Below are positions 8,096 to 16,737 of a DNA stretch of 22,628 nucleotides, one piece after another (position 1 is the stretch's first letter; each line of letters starts with the position of its first letter). The stretch covers positions 1-22,628 of the forward strand of contig JBDRFG010000149.1 of assembly GCA_043819135.1 (NCBI GenBank), given 5' to 3'. The notes beneath the pieces were generated by a model. That model made no database searches. It was not told the origin of the DNA and saw only the letters and a list, made by a program, of their open reading frames with translations. Origin of the DNA: Candidatus Eiseniibacteriota bacterium (lineage in GTDB: Bacteria > Joyebacterota > Joyebacteria > Joyebacterales > Joyebacteraceae). A program made the translations under genes and the position numbers.

Positions 8096-8909
8096 GTGCC
8101 CGCTCCGGGCGCCACGCGGCAGCTCCGCGACGCCATAGACCGCGGGGTCAACTACGTCGACGCGGCCGTCCCCTACCACACGGGAACCAGCGAGCCCGTC
8201 GTCGGCCGGGCGCCGAACGGCGACAGCTGGGCCAAGATGCGGGATCTCGGTGTGCTGGAGTTCCTGGAGGGCGCAAGGGCCGACGGCCGCATCGTCAACG
8301 CGGGCTTCTCGTTCCACGGCGGCCTCCCGGACTTCAAGGAGATCGTCGACGCCGGGGAATGGCAATTCTGCCAGATCCAGTACAAGTACCTCGACGAGAG
8401 GTTCCAGGCGGGTACGGAGGGACTCGAGCACGCGGCGTCAAAGGGACTCGGGGTCATCACAATGGAGGGCCTCAGAGGCGGGATGCTCGCACGAAGCGTC
8501 CCACCGGAAGTACAGCGCATCTGGGACGAGGCAGAGGTGAAGAAAACTCCCGCGGAGTGGGCTTTTCGCTGAATCTGGAACAGGCCGGAGGTTCATGTGA
8601 TCCTCTCCGGCATGAACGACGAAGGTCACATCGAGGAGAACCTGCGCATCGCCGACGAGGCGCTGCCCGGCTCGCTGGCGGACAGGGAACTGGAGCTCGT
8701 TCGGCGGGAAGCCTGCTCTCGCATCATTCTGCACCGAGTGCGGGACCTGCCTCCCGAGATGTCCGCAGGAGGTCCCGATCCCCGGACTCCTCAAACAGGT
8801 GGCCGCCGAGCTCGAGGATCCCTTCTTCCCTGTCAGAATCTGGATGCTCAAGAAGATGATGGCCTTCGGGCGCGGGCGCGCCAGGCGCGGGCGGCCCGAT
8901 TCCGCCTGA
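8096..8909 (+). pseudogene. Degraded aldo/keto reductase with a C-terminal 4Fe-4S domain
   Basis: Fragments AIDRGVNYVDAAVPYH.G.SE, GFSFHG, FCQIQY, MEGLRGG and EWAFR*IWNRPEV..ILSGM, with an in-frame TGA at 8570-8572. After a frameshift near 8705 comes CTECGTCLPRCPQ (from 8730), ending at TGA 8909. The N-terminus and internal blocks are missing. Confidence 0.88.
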
Positions 8910-9019
8910 CCATTCCCTCTCGGGTCGGGAGCCCCCAACCCCACCGACTCGCACCCGCCAACCGCGCCCGGTCCTCCACCGGGCGCCCGCAGAAATCTTC
9001 GCCGAGCCCAAGAATTCTC

Positions 9020-9047
9020 TTGCGCTCCTGAGCGTTCGGACTATGAT
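9020..9047 (+). promoter_or_regulatory. Sigma70-type promoter upstream of the Lys/Pro-rich small ORF
   Basis: TTGCGC (9020-9025), 16 bp spacer, TATGAT (9042-9047). Confidence 0.5.
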
Positions 9048-9241
9048 ATCCGACCATGCGGAATTCGTCGCACACTGGCGTCGGGTTCTAGCGGCAGTCG
9101 GGGGAAGTGAGGATCTCTGAGTGAGGCGGCTGCAGGAGGTGCGGTCGCTGGAGTGGGGTGGGCGCCATCGGGCGACCACGTTAAGGGATCTACCCTCTGT
9201 CAGGCGGCTCAGCAGGACAGAGCTGCCACCAGGAGAGCAAA

Positions 9242-9316
9242 ATGAAGAAGGCCAAGCCGAAGGGCACCAAGCCGGCCCCCAAGCCGCTGAACAAGCCCAC
9301 GCCGAAGGGTAAGTAA
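9242..9316 (+). CDS. 24-aa Lys/Pro-rich basic microprotein MKKAKPKGTKPAPKPLNKPTPKGK
   Basis: AGGAG RBS at 9231-9235, ATG 9242, TAA 9314-9316. All 9 Lys codons are AAG and 23 of 24 sense codons end in G/C. A terminator lies downstream. Confidence 0.7.
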   Translation: MKKAKPKGTKPAPKPLNKPTPKGK

Positions 9317-9388
9317 CTTCGGAGGCCCGTGAGGGCCAGGTAGAGGCGCAGTAAACTGTGGGGACCCGGCTGCTTGATCGGCAAAAGG

Positions 9389-9423
9389 AGAAGCGGAGCG
9401 TCTGACGGCGCTCCGCTTCTTTC
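9389..9423 (+). terminator. Intrinsic terminator after the microprotein
   Basis: AGAAGCGGAGCGTC-TGAC-GGCGCTCCGCTTCT, ending in a TTCTTTC run. Confidence 0.75.
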
Positions 9424-9542
9424 GTACCCGCCCGCAGACACACTCGCACTCCCACACGCACTTCGAGACGGAGTCCTTCAGTGCATTCCGTGGCCCGGGG
9501 AGTGCGTCCAGCGGAGCTGCCAGAGGATTCCCGGGACGCTCC

Positions 9543-9571
9543 TTGACATCACCGCTGACCGGTGCCAATGT
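9543..9571 (+). promoter_or_regulatory. Putative promoter for the radical SAM gene
   Basis: Perfect TTGACA (9543-9548), 17 bp spacer, weak -10 CAATGT with TGn extension. Confidence 0.4.
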
Positions 9572-9692
9572 GAGGTAAATAGTGGCTCTCACACCTCACG
9601 GACGTCCGCTCCGGAAACCTGTTCCGACCTGACCTCCCTTCTGGTCTCTTTGGGATATCTGACCGCCGACTGGCCTGCCAAGGGGAGGCCGC

Positions 9693-11174
9693 ATGAACGC
9701 GCTTCTCATATATCCCCGTTTCCCGGATACGTTCTGGGGATTCAAACACGCTCTCAAACTGGTTCGCAAGAAGGCCAGCTCTCCGCCGCTTGGGCTTCTG
9801 ACCGTGGCCGCCATGCTGCCCGACAATTGGGAACTCCGCCTGGTTGACGTCAACATTCAGGTGCTCACCAGTGACGATATCGCGTGGGCCGACTGTGCCT
9901 TGGTGAGCGCAATGGTCGTGCAGCGCGACTCTGCCCGGCAGATCATCTCGCGCTGCAAGCAGGGCGGGCTAGCAGTAATCGCCGGCGGTCCGCTCTTCTC
10001 GAGTGAGCACGCTGAGTTCGAGGAGGTCGACCACTTCGTGCTCAACGAAGCGGAGCTGACGCTTCGGCCCTTCCTTGAAGACTTCGCGCGCGGCGACGCC
10101 CGGCGCGTCTACAGCTCCAGCGAATTCGCCGACATGAGCGATACGCCCGCACCCCGCTGGGACTTGGTACGGTCGCGTGACTACGCGTCCAGAGACATCC
10201 AGTACTCCCGCGGCTGCCCGCACGACTGTGACTTCTGCAGTGTCACCCAGCTCTTCGGCCATCGCCCTCGCACCAAGAGCATCGAGCAGGTCGTGGAAGA
10301 ACTCGATGGTCTCTATGATCTGGGCTGGAGGGGAACTGTCGGTTTTGTCGATGACAACCTGATCGGGAACAGGAAGAAGCTCCGGACGGAGCTCTTGCCG
10401 GCTCTCATCGAGTGGCGAGCGGGCAAGTGGGGCATGAGTTTCAGCACGCAGGTAACCGTGAACCTCGCGGACGACGACAAACTCATGGACCTGATGGTCC
10501 GCGCCGGATTCGACACCGTGTTCGTCGGCATAGAGAGCGTGGACGAGGCCAGTCTCGCCGAGTGCAACAAGCGGCAGAACGAGCGCCGTGACCTCCTCAA
10601 CGACGTCCGGCGCATCCAGCGGGCCGGCATGCAGGTGCAGGGTGGCTTCATAGTCGGGTTCGACCACGACACACCGAAGATCTTCGAACGTCTGGCGGCG
10701 TTTATCCAGGAGAGCGGCATCGCAACGGCCATGGTGGGGATGCTTCAGGCCCCGGCGGGGACCAGGCTCTACGAACGCCTCAGAGGCGAAGGACGCATAA
10801 GAAGCGACATGTCCGGTGACAATGCGAACGGGACGACCAACATCGTGCCCACCATGGGCGTGAAACCGCTCGAGCAGGGCTACAGGAGAATGATGACCGA
10901 CCTCTACTCGCCCGGGGTCTACTACGCCCGGCTGCGGACCTTCCTGAGGGAGTACAAACCGAAGGCGGCGAAGACGCGGTTGCGCGGCTGGCACATCATG
11001 GCCTTCCTCCGCTCCCTGTACTATCTGGGCGTCGTGGGCAACGAGAGGTTCCGATACCAGGGTCTGTTGATCTGGACCCTCTTCCGCAATCCGAGGGCCT
11101 TCCCCACCGCCATCGTCCTCGCGATATCCGGCTACCACCTCAGGCTCTGCCTCGGCGCCCTGCCAACGATCTAG
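9693..11174 (+). CDS. B12-binding domain radical SAM protein (DUF4070-containing, HpnP-like family)
   Basis: N-terminal LIYPxFPxTFW...PPLGLLTVAA B12-binding region, GGP, SRGCPHDCDFC (CxxxCxxC), FVDDN, GIES and GGFIVGFDHD. GGGGAGG RBS. Confidence 0.92.
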   Translation: MNALLIYPRFPDTFWGFKHALKLVRKKASSPPLGLLTVAAMLPDNWELRLVDVNIQVLTSDDIAWADCALVSAMVVQRDSARQIISRCKQGGLAVIAGGPLFSSEHAEFEEVDHFVLNEAELTLRPFLEDFARGDARRVYSSSEFADMSDTPAPRWDLVRSRDYASRDIQYSRGCPHDCDFCSVTQLFGHRPRTKSIEQVVEELDGLYDLGWRGTVGFVDDNLIGNRKKLRTELLPALIEWRAGKWGMSFSTQVTVNLADDDKLMDLMVRAGFDTVFVGIESVDEASLAECNKRQNERRDLLNDVRRIQRAGMQVQGGFIVGFDHDTPKIFERLAAFIQESGIATAMVGMLQAPAGTRLYERLRGEGRIRSDMSGDNANGTTNIVPTMGVKPLEQGYRRMMTDLYSPGVYYARLRTFLREYKPKAAKTRLRGWHIMAFLRSLYYLGVVGNERFRYQGLLIWTLFRNPRAFPTAIVLAISGYHLRLCLGALPTI

Positions 11175-11219
11175 GGCGCCTGCGTATGGCGGACCGTGAA
11201 CGGGAACCGCGCGTGAGAG

Positions 11220-11249
11220 GAGCCCGGTCCGAATGGACCGGGCTCTTCA
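11220..11249. terminator. Perfect 11 bp hairpin between the convergent radical SAM gene and the cupin operon
   Basis: GAGCCCGGTCC-GAAT-GGACCGGGCTC-TTCAT. Confidence 0.7.
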
Positions 11250-11252
11250 TAG

Positions 11253-11283
11253 TGGCGGGGCGTAGTAGACGAGTTTCGAACTC
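11253..11283 (-). repeat. Degenerate direct repeat of the tRNA-Asp 3' end (att-like scar)
   Basis: TGGCGGGGCgtagtaGACGAGttTCGAACTC versus tRNA 16892-16917 TGGCGGGGCcGACGAGacTCGAACTC: 23 of 26 tRNA bases match, with one 5-nt insertion. Confidence 0.65.
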
Positions 11284-11304
11284 CCGGAGTCTGGCGGGCC
11301 CGGA

Positions 11305-11643
11305 CTACAGCACCTTGGTCGGCCCGGTAGGCCGTGGCACCTTGATCACCAGGAACCTGAGCGTCCCACCGCTCTCGTTGTACCAGCAGTGTGGGATCTT
11401 TGCTGGGCTGTCGACCAGCGTGTCGGGACCCACTTCCGTCTTCTCCTCCCCGACCTCGACGATTCCCGTGCCCTCGAGGACGTAGAACACGACGTCGACG
11501 GGGGTGATGTGGCGCTTGAGTGCTTCGCCTGGATGCAGCGTGATGTGCGAGACGAGTGCGTGCTCACTCTCGTAGAGCGCCCTCGCATCGACACCGTGCG
11601 GGTTCTTGCGAGGTTCCGCATCTTTCACGTTAATGGTGTTCAC
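11305..11643 (-). CDS. Cupin domain protein (Cupin_2)
   Basis: ITLHPGEALKRH.TP...FYVLEGTG.V.VG...PAKIPH.WYN cupin motifs. GTG 11643 follows GGAGAGG. Confidence 0.88.
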   Translation of the reverse strand: MNTINVKDAEPRKNPHGVDARALYESEHALVSHITLHPGEALKRHITPVDVVFYVLEGTGIVEVGEEKTEVGPDTLVDSPAKIPHCWYNESGGTLRFLVIKVPRPTGPTKVL

Positions 11644-11685
11644 TGACACCTCTCCTTTCAATGACACAGTAGTGTCTTGACGATC

Positions 11686-12936
11686 TCAGAAGCTGTACTT
11701 CAGCTTCGCGTATACCGAATCGTTCGCATCGTAGACTCCGAACATCCCCTCGTCGCCAATGAAGAAATCCGCCCCAGCGAGCACCTCGAATCCGTCCGCC
11801 ACGTCGTAGCTGACCTTCGGTCGCAGGAGCGCGTCGCTGTCGCTCAGGCCCAGGTACGAGAAGAACTCCAAGTGCAGCGTGTCGTTCAGGTAGTCATCTC
11901 TCACAAGGAAGGTCATCACGTCCGAGTGCTCGTCGGCTGACAGCGAATCGTCGTGGTCCAGGATCATTTCCTGAATGAACTGGGCGCTCATGCCGACGCC
12001 GAGAAGGGTCCAGTCGACTCCGACCAGGTAGTGAACGTAGTCGCGCTCGAGCACCCCGTCCCCGTTCAGCGGACTCTCGGTGGCAAGTTGTTTACCCCAG
12101 TAGTAGGCGCCTTCTCCGCGCACAACGACGCCGCCGACGCCCGTGCTGAAGCTCCCGCCGGCGAGCGTCATGCGGTGGTGCTGAGGAGTGATAGCCAGTG
12201 AGACGATCTCGTGAGTGTCGGGGTTCTGCTCCACAGACAGATGCAGCGCCGGCTCGTCGTCCCATGCATATCCAGCCATCATCTCCACATCGAAGGAGGA
12301 TGACAGAAGCGAGTACTTCGTGAACACCTCGCTGTTCTCGAGAGATGCGTCGACGTCCACCGAGGATGTATCGAAGCTCGGCTGTACTGGAAGCTGCAAG
12401 GATCTTGCCCAGATCGATCCTTCGTCCGGGGCGAGCGCGGGAGCAAACACAGGAACCCAGATGACTTCCAGCGTCCCGGCGTTCCTGTAGTAGTCGAACC
12501 TCACCGCGTCGACTCCGGTTCGTATCTCTTCGAAGTCCGGCAGGAGGAAGCGGCGGAGGTCCTTCGGCGATACGACGTCCGTTATGAACACGCCGTCGCC
12601 CTTCCCCCAGATGACCTGCTGCCTGCCGATCCGGAGGTCGACGCTGTCCCAGTAGATGTCGACATACGCCTGGCGCAGGCCCAACTCGAGCTCCTCGCCC
12701 GGACGCTGGTAGACATGTGGGTCAACGCGGAAGGCAACGTTGCCGCGCGATTGGTCCAACGTCAGACCGAGCGTGTTCTCGACGAGCGAGTAGTCCCCGC
12801 CGTCGATCAGGACCGCCGTGTGCTGCCGAACGTAGCCGCCGACGTGGATCGACTCCAGAGTGGCCGCGGGGGTCGCCGAGAAGGCCACACCGAGGACCGC
12901 GACGACCACCGTGAGACAGACCCGGAGGCTCCTCAT
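11686..12936 (-). CDS. Outer-membrane beta-barrel protein (DUF1302-like)
   Basis: Signal peptide, LRQAYVD...DLRIGRQQVIWGKGDG...DVVSPKD, alternating beta strands and C-terminal KLKYSF (BAM signal). Confidence 0.8.
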   Translation of the reverse strand: MRSLRVCLTVVVAVLGVAFSATPAATLESIHVGGYVRQHTAVLIDGGDYSLVENTLGLTLDQSRGNVAFRVDPHVYQRPGEELELGLRQAYVDIYWDSVDLRIGRQQVIWGKGDGVFITDVVSPKDLRRFLLPDFEEIRTGVDAVRFDYYRNAGTLEVIWVPVFAPALAPDEGSIWARSLQLPVQPSFDTSSVDVDASLENSEVFTKYSLLSSSFDVEMMAGYAWDDEPALHLSVEQNPDTHEIVSLAITPQHHRMTLAGGSFSTGVGGVVVRGEGAYYWGKQLATESPLNGDGVLERDYVHYLVGVDWTLLGVGMSAQFIQEMILDHDDSLSADEHSDVMTFLVRDDYLNDTLHLEFFSYLGLSDSDALLRPKVSYDVADGFEVLAGADFFIGDEGMFGVYDANDSVYAKLKYSF

Positions 12937-12937
12937 C

Positions 12938-13723
12938 CTAGAGCCCCCTCGTCATCATTCGTTCGGTGAACTTGCCGTCCGGGACACCCGAGTCAAGCTG
13001 GACGTCGTCCAGGGCCATGGTCGTTGTGTGGTCTCTCTGCACGTGATGCATCGTCGAGCGCGTGACTACCCAGTAGTCGCCGACATCCCCGTACTTGTCC
13101 ACGGTCAGCGTCTTCAGAAGCTCATCATCTTCGTCGTAGAAATCCTTCTTCACGACAATCCACTTGTCCGCGACGATCCAGCTTACGGTCCTGCCGTAGA
13201 TGTACTCCTCCTCGGTCGGCACGCTCTGGACCATGTAGCAGGGCTCGTCGTTCACGTCCTCACGCCCAAGCAACGTATGCGTGTCGCTGCTCGGATGGCG
13301 GTCACCAAGGTCGTCGTACGTGAAATCGGACCCCATGAAGTAGTCGCCCTTGCTGTCGCTGGAGATCCTCTTGACCTTCTTCAGCGCAGGCAGGTAGATC
13401 CACTGATCATCGTCCTGACCGACCGCCGTGTAGCTCCAGTTCATGAACGACGTGTTCCTGACATCTGCGGGGGACTCGAAGAACATCACGCTCTTTTCGA
13501 CGTCACCGAAGTCCTTCGTGAACTGGCGGATCTCACGCACGCGCTGGTCCCCGCGCGAGTTGATGAGCGTCATCGTGAGTTTGGACTGCATGTCCTCACC
13601 ATCGGGTCTGTAGTAGACACTCTCGACCAGCTCGAGCCCGCTGGGCTCCTCAGCTGATACCGAGGTGGCGGCGATGATCAGGAGCAACATGACAACTGCA
13701 CCGGTCCTCTTCATTTCGACCAT
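12938..13723 (-). CDS. Outer membrane lipoprotein-sorting (LolA-like) periplasmic protein
   Basis: Signal peptide; motifs F.SPADVRNT.F, DDDQWIYLPALKKVKRIS and FMGSDFTYDD. Confidence 0.88.
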   Translation of the reverse strand: MVEMKRTGAVVMLLLIIAATSVSAEEPSGLELVESVYYRPDGEDMQSKLTMTLINSRGDQRVREIRQFTKDFGDVEKSVMFFESPADVRNTSFMNWSYTAVGQDDDQWIYLPALKKVKRISSDSKGDYFMGSDFTYDDLGDRHPSSDTHTLLGREDVNDEPCYMVQSVPTEEEYIYGRTVSWIVADKWIVVKKDFYDEDDELLKTLTVDKYGDVGDYWVVTRSTMHHVQRDHTTTMALDDVQLDSGVPDGKFTERMMTRGL

Positions 13724-13775
13724 CCTTCCCCTGTTGGCGCTCTCACCGTGAACAGGCGTGAGGGCGCATGCGTTT

Positions 13776-16064
13776 CTAGTCTCGTTTCCTGAAGAAGGTC
13801 TTCGTCTGGATCATGACGACGACCATGATCGTGATCGTACCCAAGAGGCTGACGAACATGTTCCCGGACACGAGCACGCCGAGAGCCCTGTTCGGCGGGA
13901 ACGCCGAGTACAGCAGCACCAGGAAGCCGGCTATCACCACGACGGCGTTGAACAGGATGGCCCTGCCCGAGTGGTGCATGGTGTCCGCGACGGTGGCAAG
14001 CACATCGCCCGTGCTCTTCGCGGCAACTCTGAAGCGCTCCATGAAGTGAACCGCGTAGTCGATTCCCACACCCACCGCGATGCTCGATATGAGCGCCGTG
14101 GTCGTGCTGAGCGGTATGTTCAGGAGCCCCATGGCGCCGAAGCTCACGATGGCCGTGATCGAGATCGGGATCACGCCGATGAGCCCCGCCGAGATCCGCC
14201 TGAACATCAGGGACAAGAGTACGACTATGATGCCCAGCGACAGGACGAGGCTCTTCACCTGTCCCTTCAGGATCAGGTCGGAGAAGATCAGGCTCTTGTA
14301 GCCGGAGCCCGCGTAGTTGACGCTCACGCCCAGCTCCTCGAAGAGCGGCCTGAACTTCTCAACCACAGCAATGGCACTGTTGATGGTCTTCGAATCATCG
14401 CCCTTGAGCTGCAGAGTGACGTTTGAGCTGGCGTAGTCGTAGTCGACGGTCCTCCAGAGCGTCTCAGGGTCGCCCGACATCTCATATAGAAGAAGGTACT
14501 GCGCGACAAGCTCTGTGGACTCCGGAATCGTGTCGAACTCGGGACTGTCTGCGTGCATCACCATGTTGATACGCCGGAGGTAGTCCGCGAGGCCGAACGA
14601 ATTGCCGACCTCGGCGAGCGTCTCGCTCTCCGTCTGCATCTCGTCCATCAGGCGCAGCACATCCGGGCTCTTCATTCCACCCTCGTCCGCGCTCTCGAGA
14701 ATGACGTTCAACGTCGAGGTGCCGCCGAATCGCTCGTTTATGAACGCGTCGGTCAGAACGATGTCGCTGTCTCGCTCGAACTTCTCGAGGAAACTGGAGT
14801 TGATCCAGATCTTCGTCGCACCCATGGCGGACGCAACCACCACGATGATGGCCGCAGCGACAATCAGCCGCTTGTGCCTCATGAGGCCCTTGGCGAACCT
14901 CACCGCGATGTCGTCCGTCCCTTCCCGCTTAGAGTTGGCTTTCCTGGCTTTAGGCGGACCGAAGGCCACGACGCCCGCCGGGATCAGGACGAGAGACAGA
15001 ACCATCGCCACCATCACGCCAAATGCTGTGAACATGCCGAAGTACTTGATCGGATAGACGTCCGACGTCAGGAGCGAAACGAATCCCACCGCGGTCGTGA
15101 CGGAGGTCATGACGACGGGCTTCCACATGCCGCGTATCATCTCGGAGGCGCTGTCCCGGCCACCTGTTCCTGGGTGCTTCCTCTGGTAGAGCCCGAGGTG
15201 TCCATATATGTGAATTCCGTCGGCGACGCCTATCGCGATGAGCATCACCGGGATCATGGTCGAAACGGCGTAGATGGGGATGCCCATCCACGCCATCAGG
15301 CCGAACGTCCAGAGCGTGCTCAGGACCACGACGAGCAGCGTGAAGACCGTGCTCTTGGGGCTCCGCAGGACAAGCAGCAGGACGGCTATTATCACCAGAA
15401 GCACGATGGGGACCATGCGCTTCATGTCCTTGGGCGCCAGGTAGGCCATCGTCCCCTCGACGATGGGTCTGCCCGCGACATAGAGCTTCTCCGGCCCCTC
15501 GTAGCCGGCAGCGAGGTCCAGTATCTCGTGATAGAACTCCTGCGAGAAGGCCTCGTCACCGATCTCGGCGATGACCAACGTGACAGTCTCGTCCTCCGAC
15601 ACGAGCCTTCCGTGCATCATGTCGTTGGCCCTGACGTTCGCGCGGAGCACGTCGAGTTCTAGCTCGCTCTGCGGGACCTTCGAGTAGAACGCGCGCACAT
15701 CCAGCCCGCCCTCGGAGCCGGTGATGTTATCGGCGGTGTAGAGCGACGTAACGTCGCCTCTGTCAACCCGGTCGTGCTTCTGGAGTGCTTTCGTCAGATC
15801 CCTGACCTTCGACAGAGTGCCCGGATTGTATATCCCGCCCGGGTGCTCGACGGCGACGATGATGCCGTCCTTTATGTCAAACCACTCCTCCGCCTCGTCA
15901 CTGTAGACGAACGCCGGGTGGTCCTTCGGCATGTACTTGTCCAGGTCGGTCTCCATCCGGGTGTTGCCCGCGACGCCGACGAAGAACGCAGCAGAGACGG
16001 CGAAGACGGCCGTGAACACGAGCCACGGACGGCCCGTCAGGACTACCAGGAATCTGTGCATCAT
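13776..16064 (-). CDS. MMPL/RND family transporter (two-repeat, lipid-exporter type)
   Basis: Two repeats of TM, periplasmic domain and 5 TM. Motifs IAIGVADGIH, TSVTTAVGF, IAVGVGIDYAVH and SGRAILFN. ATG 16064 or 16061 follows AAAGGGG. Confidence 0.92.
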   Translation of the reverse strand: MMHRFLVVLTGRPWLVFTAVFAVSAAFFVGVAGNTRMETDLDKYMPKDHPAFVYSDEAEEWFDIKDGIIVAVEHPGGIYNPGTLSKVRDLTKALQKHDRVDRGDVTSLYTADNITGSEGGLDVRAFYSKVPQSELELDVLRANVRANDMMHGRLVSEDETVTLVIAEIGDEAFSQEFYHEILDLAAGYEGPEKLYVAGRPIVEGTMAYLAPKDMKRMVPIVLLVIIAVLLLVLRSPKSTVFTLLVVVLSTLWTFGLMAWMGIPIYAVSTMIPVMLIAIGVADGIHIYGHLGLYQRKHPGTGGRDSASEMIRGMWKPVVMTSVTTAVGFVSLLTSDVYPIKYFGMFTAFGVMVAMVLSLVLIPAGVVAFGPPKARKANSKREGTDDIAVRFAKGLMRHKRLIVAAAIIVVVASAMGATKIWINSSFLEKFERDSDIVLTDAFINERFGGTSTLNVILESADEGGMKSPDVLRLMDEMQTESETLAEVGNSFGLADYLRRINMVMHADSPEFDTIPESTELVAQYLLLYEMSGDPETLWRTVDYDYASSNVTLQLKGDDSKTINSAIAVVEKFRPLFEELGVSVNYAGSGYKSLIFSDLILKGQVKSLVLSLGIIVVLLSLMFRRISAGLIGVIPISITAIVSFGAMGLLNIPLSTTTALISSIAVGVGIDYAVHFMERFRVAAKSTGDVLATVADTMHHSGRAILFNAVVVIAGFLVLLYSAFPPNRALGVLVSGNMFVSLLGTITIMVVVMIQTKTFFRKRD

Positions 16065-16072
16065 CACCCCTT

Positions 16073-16090
16073 TGTGAATCACCATTCACA
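16073..16090. promoter_or_regulatory. Palindromic operator 1 (probable TetR site) upstream of the MMPL gene
   Basis: TGTGAAT-CACC-ATTCACA, directly adjacent to the RBS. Confidence 0.75.
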
Positions 16091-16126
16091 TCATCGGCAA
16101 AAAGAGAGATGCTCGCCGGCCTACAT

Positions 16127-16723
16127 TCACTCGCTTGCTACGGCCCTGCAGAACATGTCCCAGACGCGGGCGACATGTGCCGCAATATCGAAGTCCTCGC
16201 CCTCTGCGTGCCGGAGCTGGACCGCCGGCTGTATCAAGCCCGCAAACAGGAGTGCGACACTGGTCGGATCGATGTCCGAACGGACGTGACCCGATTCCTG
16301 TCCGTCCCGCACCAGTGCCTCAACCCTGGCCAGGTACCCCCTGAAGATCCCCTCCGTCTTTGCTCGGCGAACGGCACGTCCGCCCGGCACGTTCATGGAC
16401 GACATGATGTGCGGTACCGCTCCCCCGCTCTCTATCAGCGCCGCGTGCCTGGTCAGCAGCAGCTCGAGCGCCATCAGTGGATTCTCCGCCTCGTTCCGTG
16501 CCGCGTCGACGAGGCGGTAGACCCTGTCCCGAAAGACATCCAGAGCAGCACTGAGCACGTCCTCCCTGCCCTCGAAGTGGCGATAGACGGCAGAGGGAAC
16601 TAGTCCGACGCTCTCCGCGAGATCGGCGATGTTGAATCCCTCGCTGCCTCTCTCTGCCAAGAGAGCCAACGCCGCCGACGCTATCTGGTCTCGACGTGAG
16701 TCTGTGTCCATTCTCTGTGTCAT
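16127..16723 (-). CDS. TetR/AcrR family transcriptional regulator
   Basis: N-terminal HTH RRDQIASAALALLAERG...IADLAESVGL..SAVYRHF; C-terminal GQESGHVRSDID. Confidence 0.93.
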   Translation of the reverse strand: MTQRMDTDSRRDQIASAALALLAERGSEGFNIADLAESVGLVPSAVYRHFEGREDVLSAALDVFRDRVYRLVDAARNEAENPLMALELLLTRHAALIESGGAVPHIMSSMNVPGGRAVRRAKTEGIFRGYLARVEALVRDGQESGHVRSDIDPTSVALLFAGLIQPAVQLRHAEGEDFDIAAHVARVWDMFCRAVASE

Positions 16724-16737
16724 TGTGGCCCGTCCTC

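Noticed and set aside
8570..8572. In-frame TGA at a conserved Trp position, suggesting UGA recoding (Trp or Sec)
   Set aside because: Other genes use TGG for Trp and TGA as a normal stop (e.g. rplQ, infA). The same gene also has deletions and a frameshift, so this is a nonsense mutation.
9339..9400. GGTAGAGGCGC-AGTA...AAAGG, reminiscent of a lysine riboswitch and next to a Lys-rich ORF
   Set aside because: The spacing is too short, the GCCGAA and P3-P5 elements are absent, and it lies downstream of the ORF. An Rfam scan would settle it.
9570..9692. Possible cobalamin riboswitch upstream of the B12 radical SAM gene
   Set aside because: Only a GTGAGGT...ACCTCAC hairpin is visible. There is no recognisable B12-box or GGGAA/GCCACTG core.
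9121..9856. Track ORFs of 63-157 aa in the intergenic region before the radical SAM gene
   Set aside because: They show no recognisable motifs and overlap the microprotein, the terminator or promoter signals, which explain the region better.
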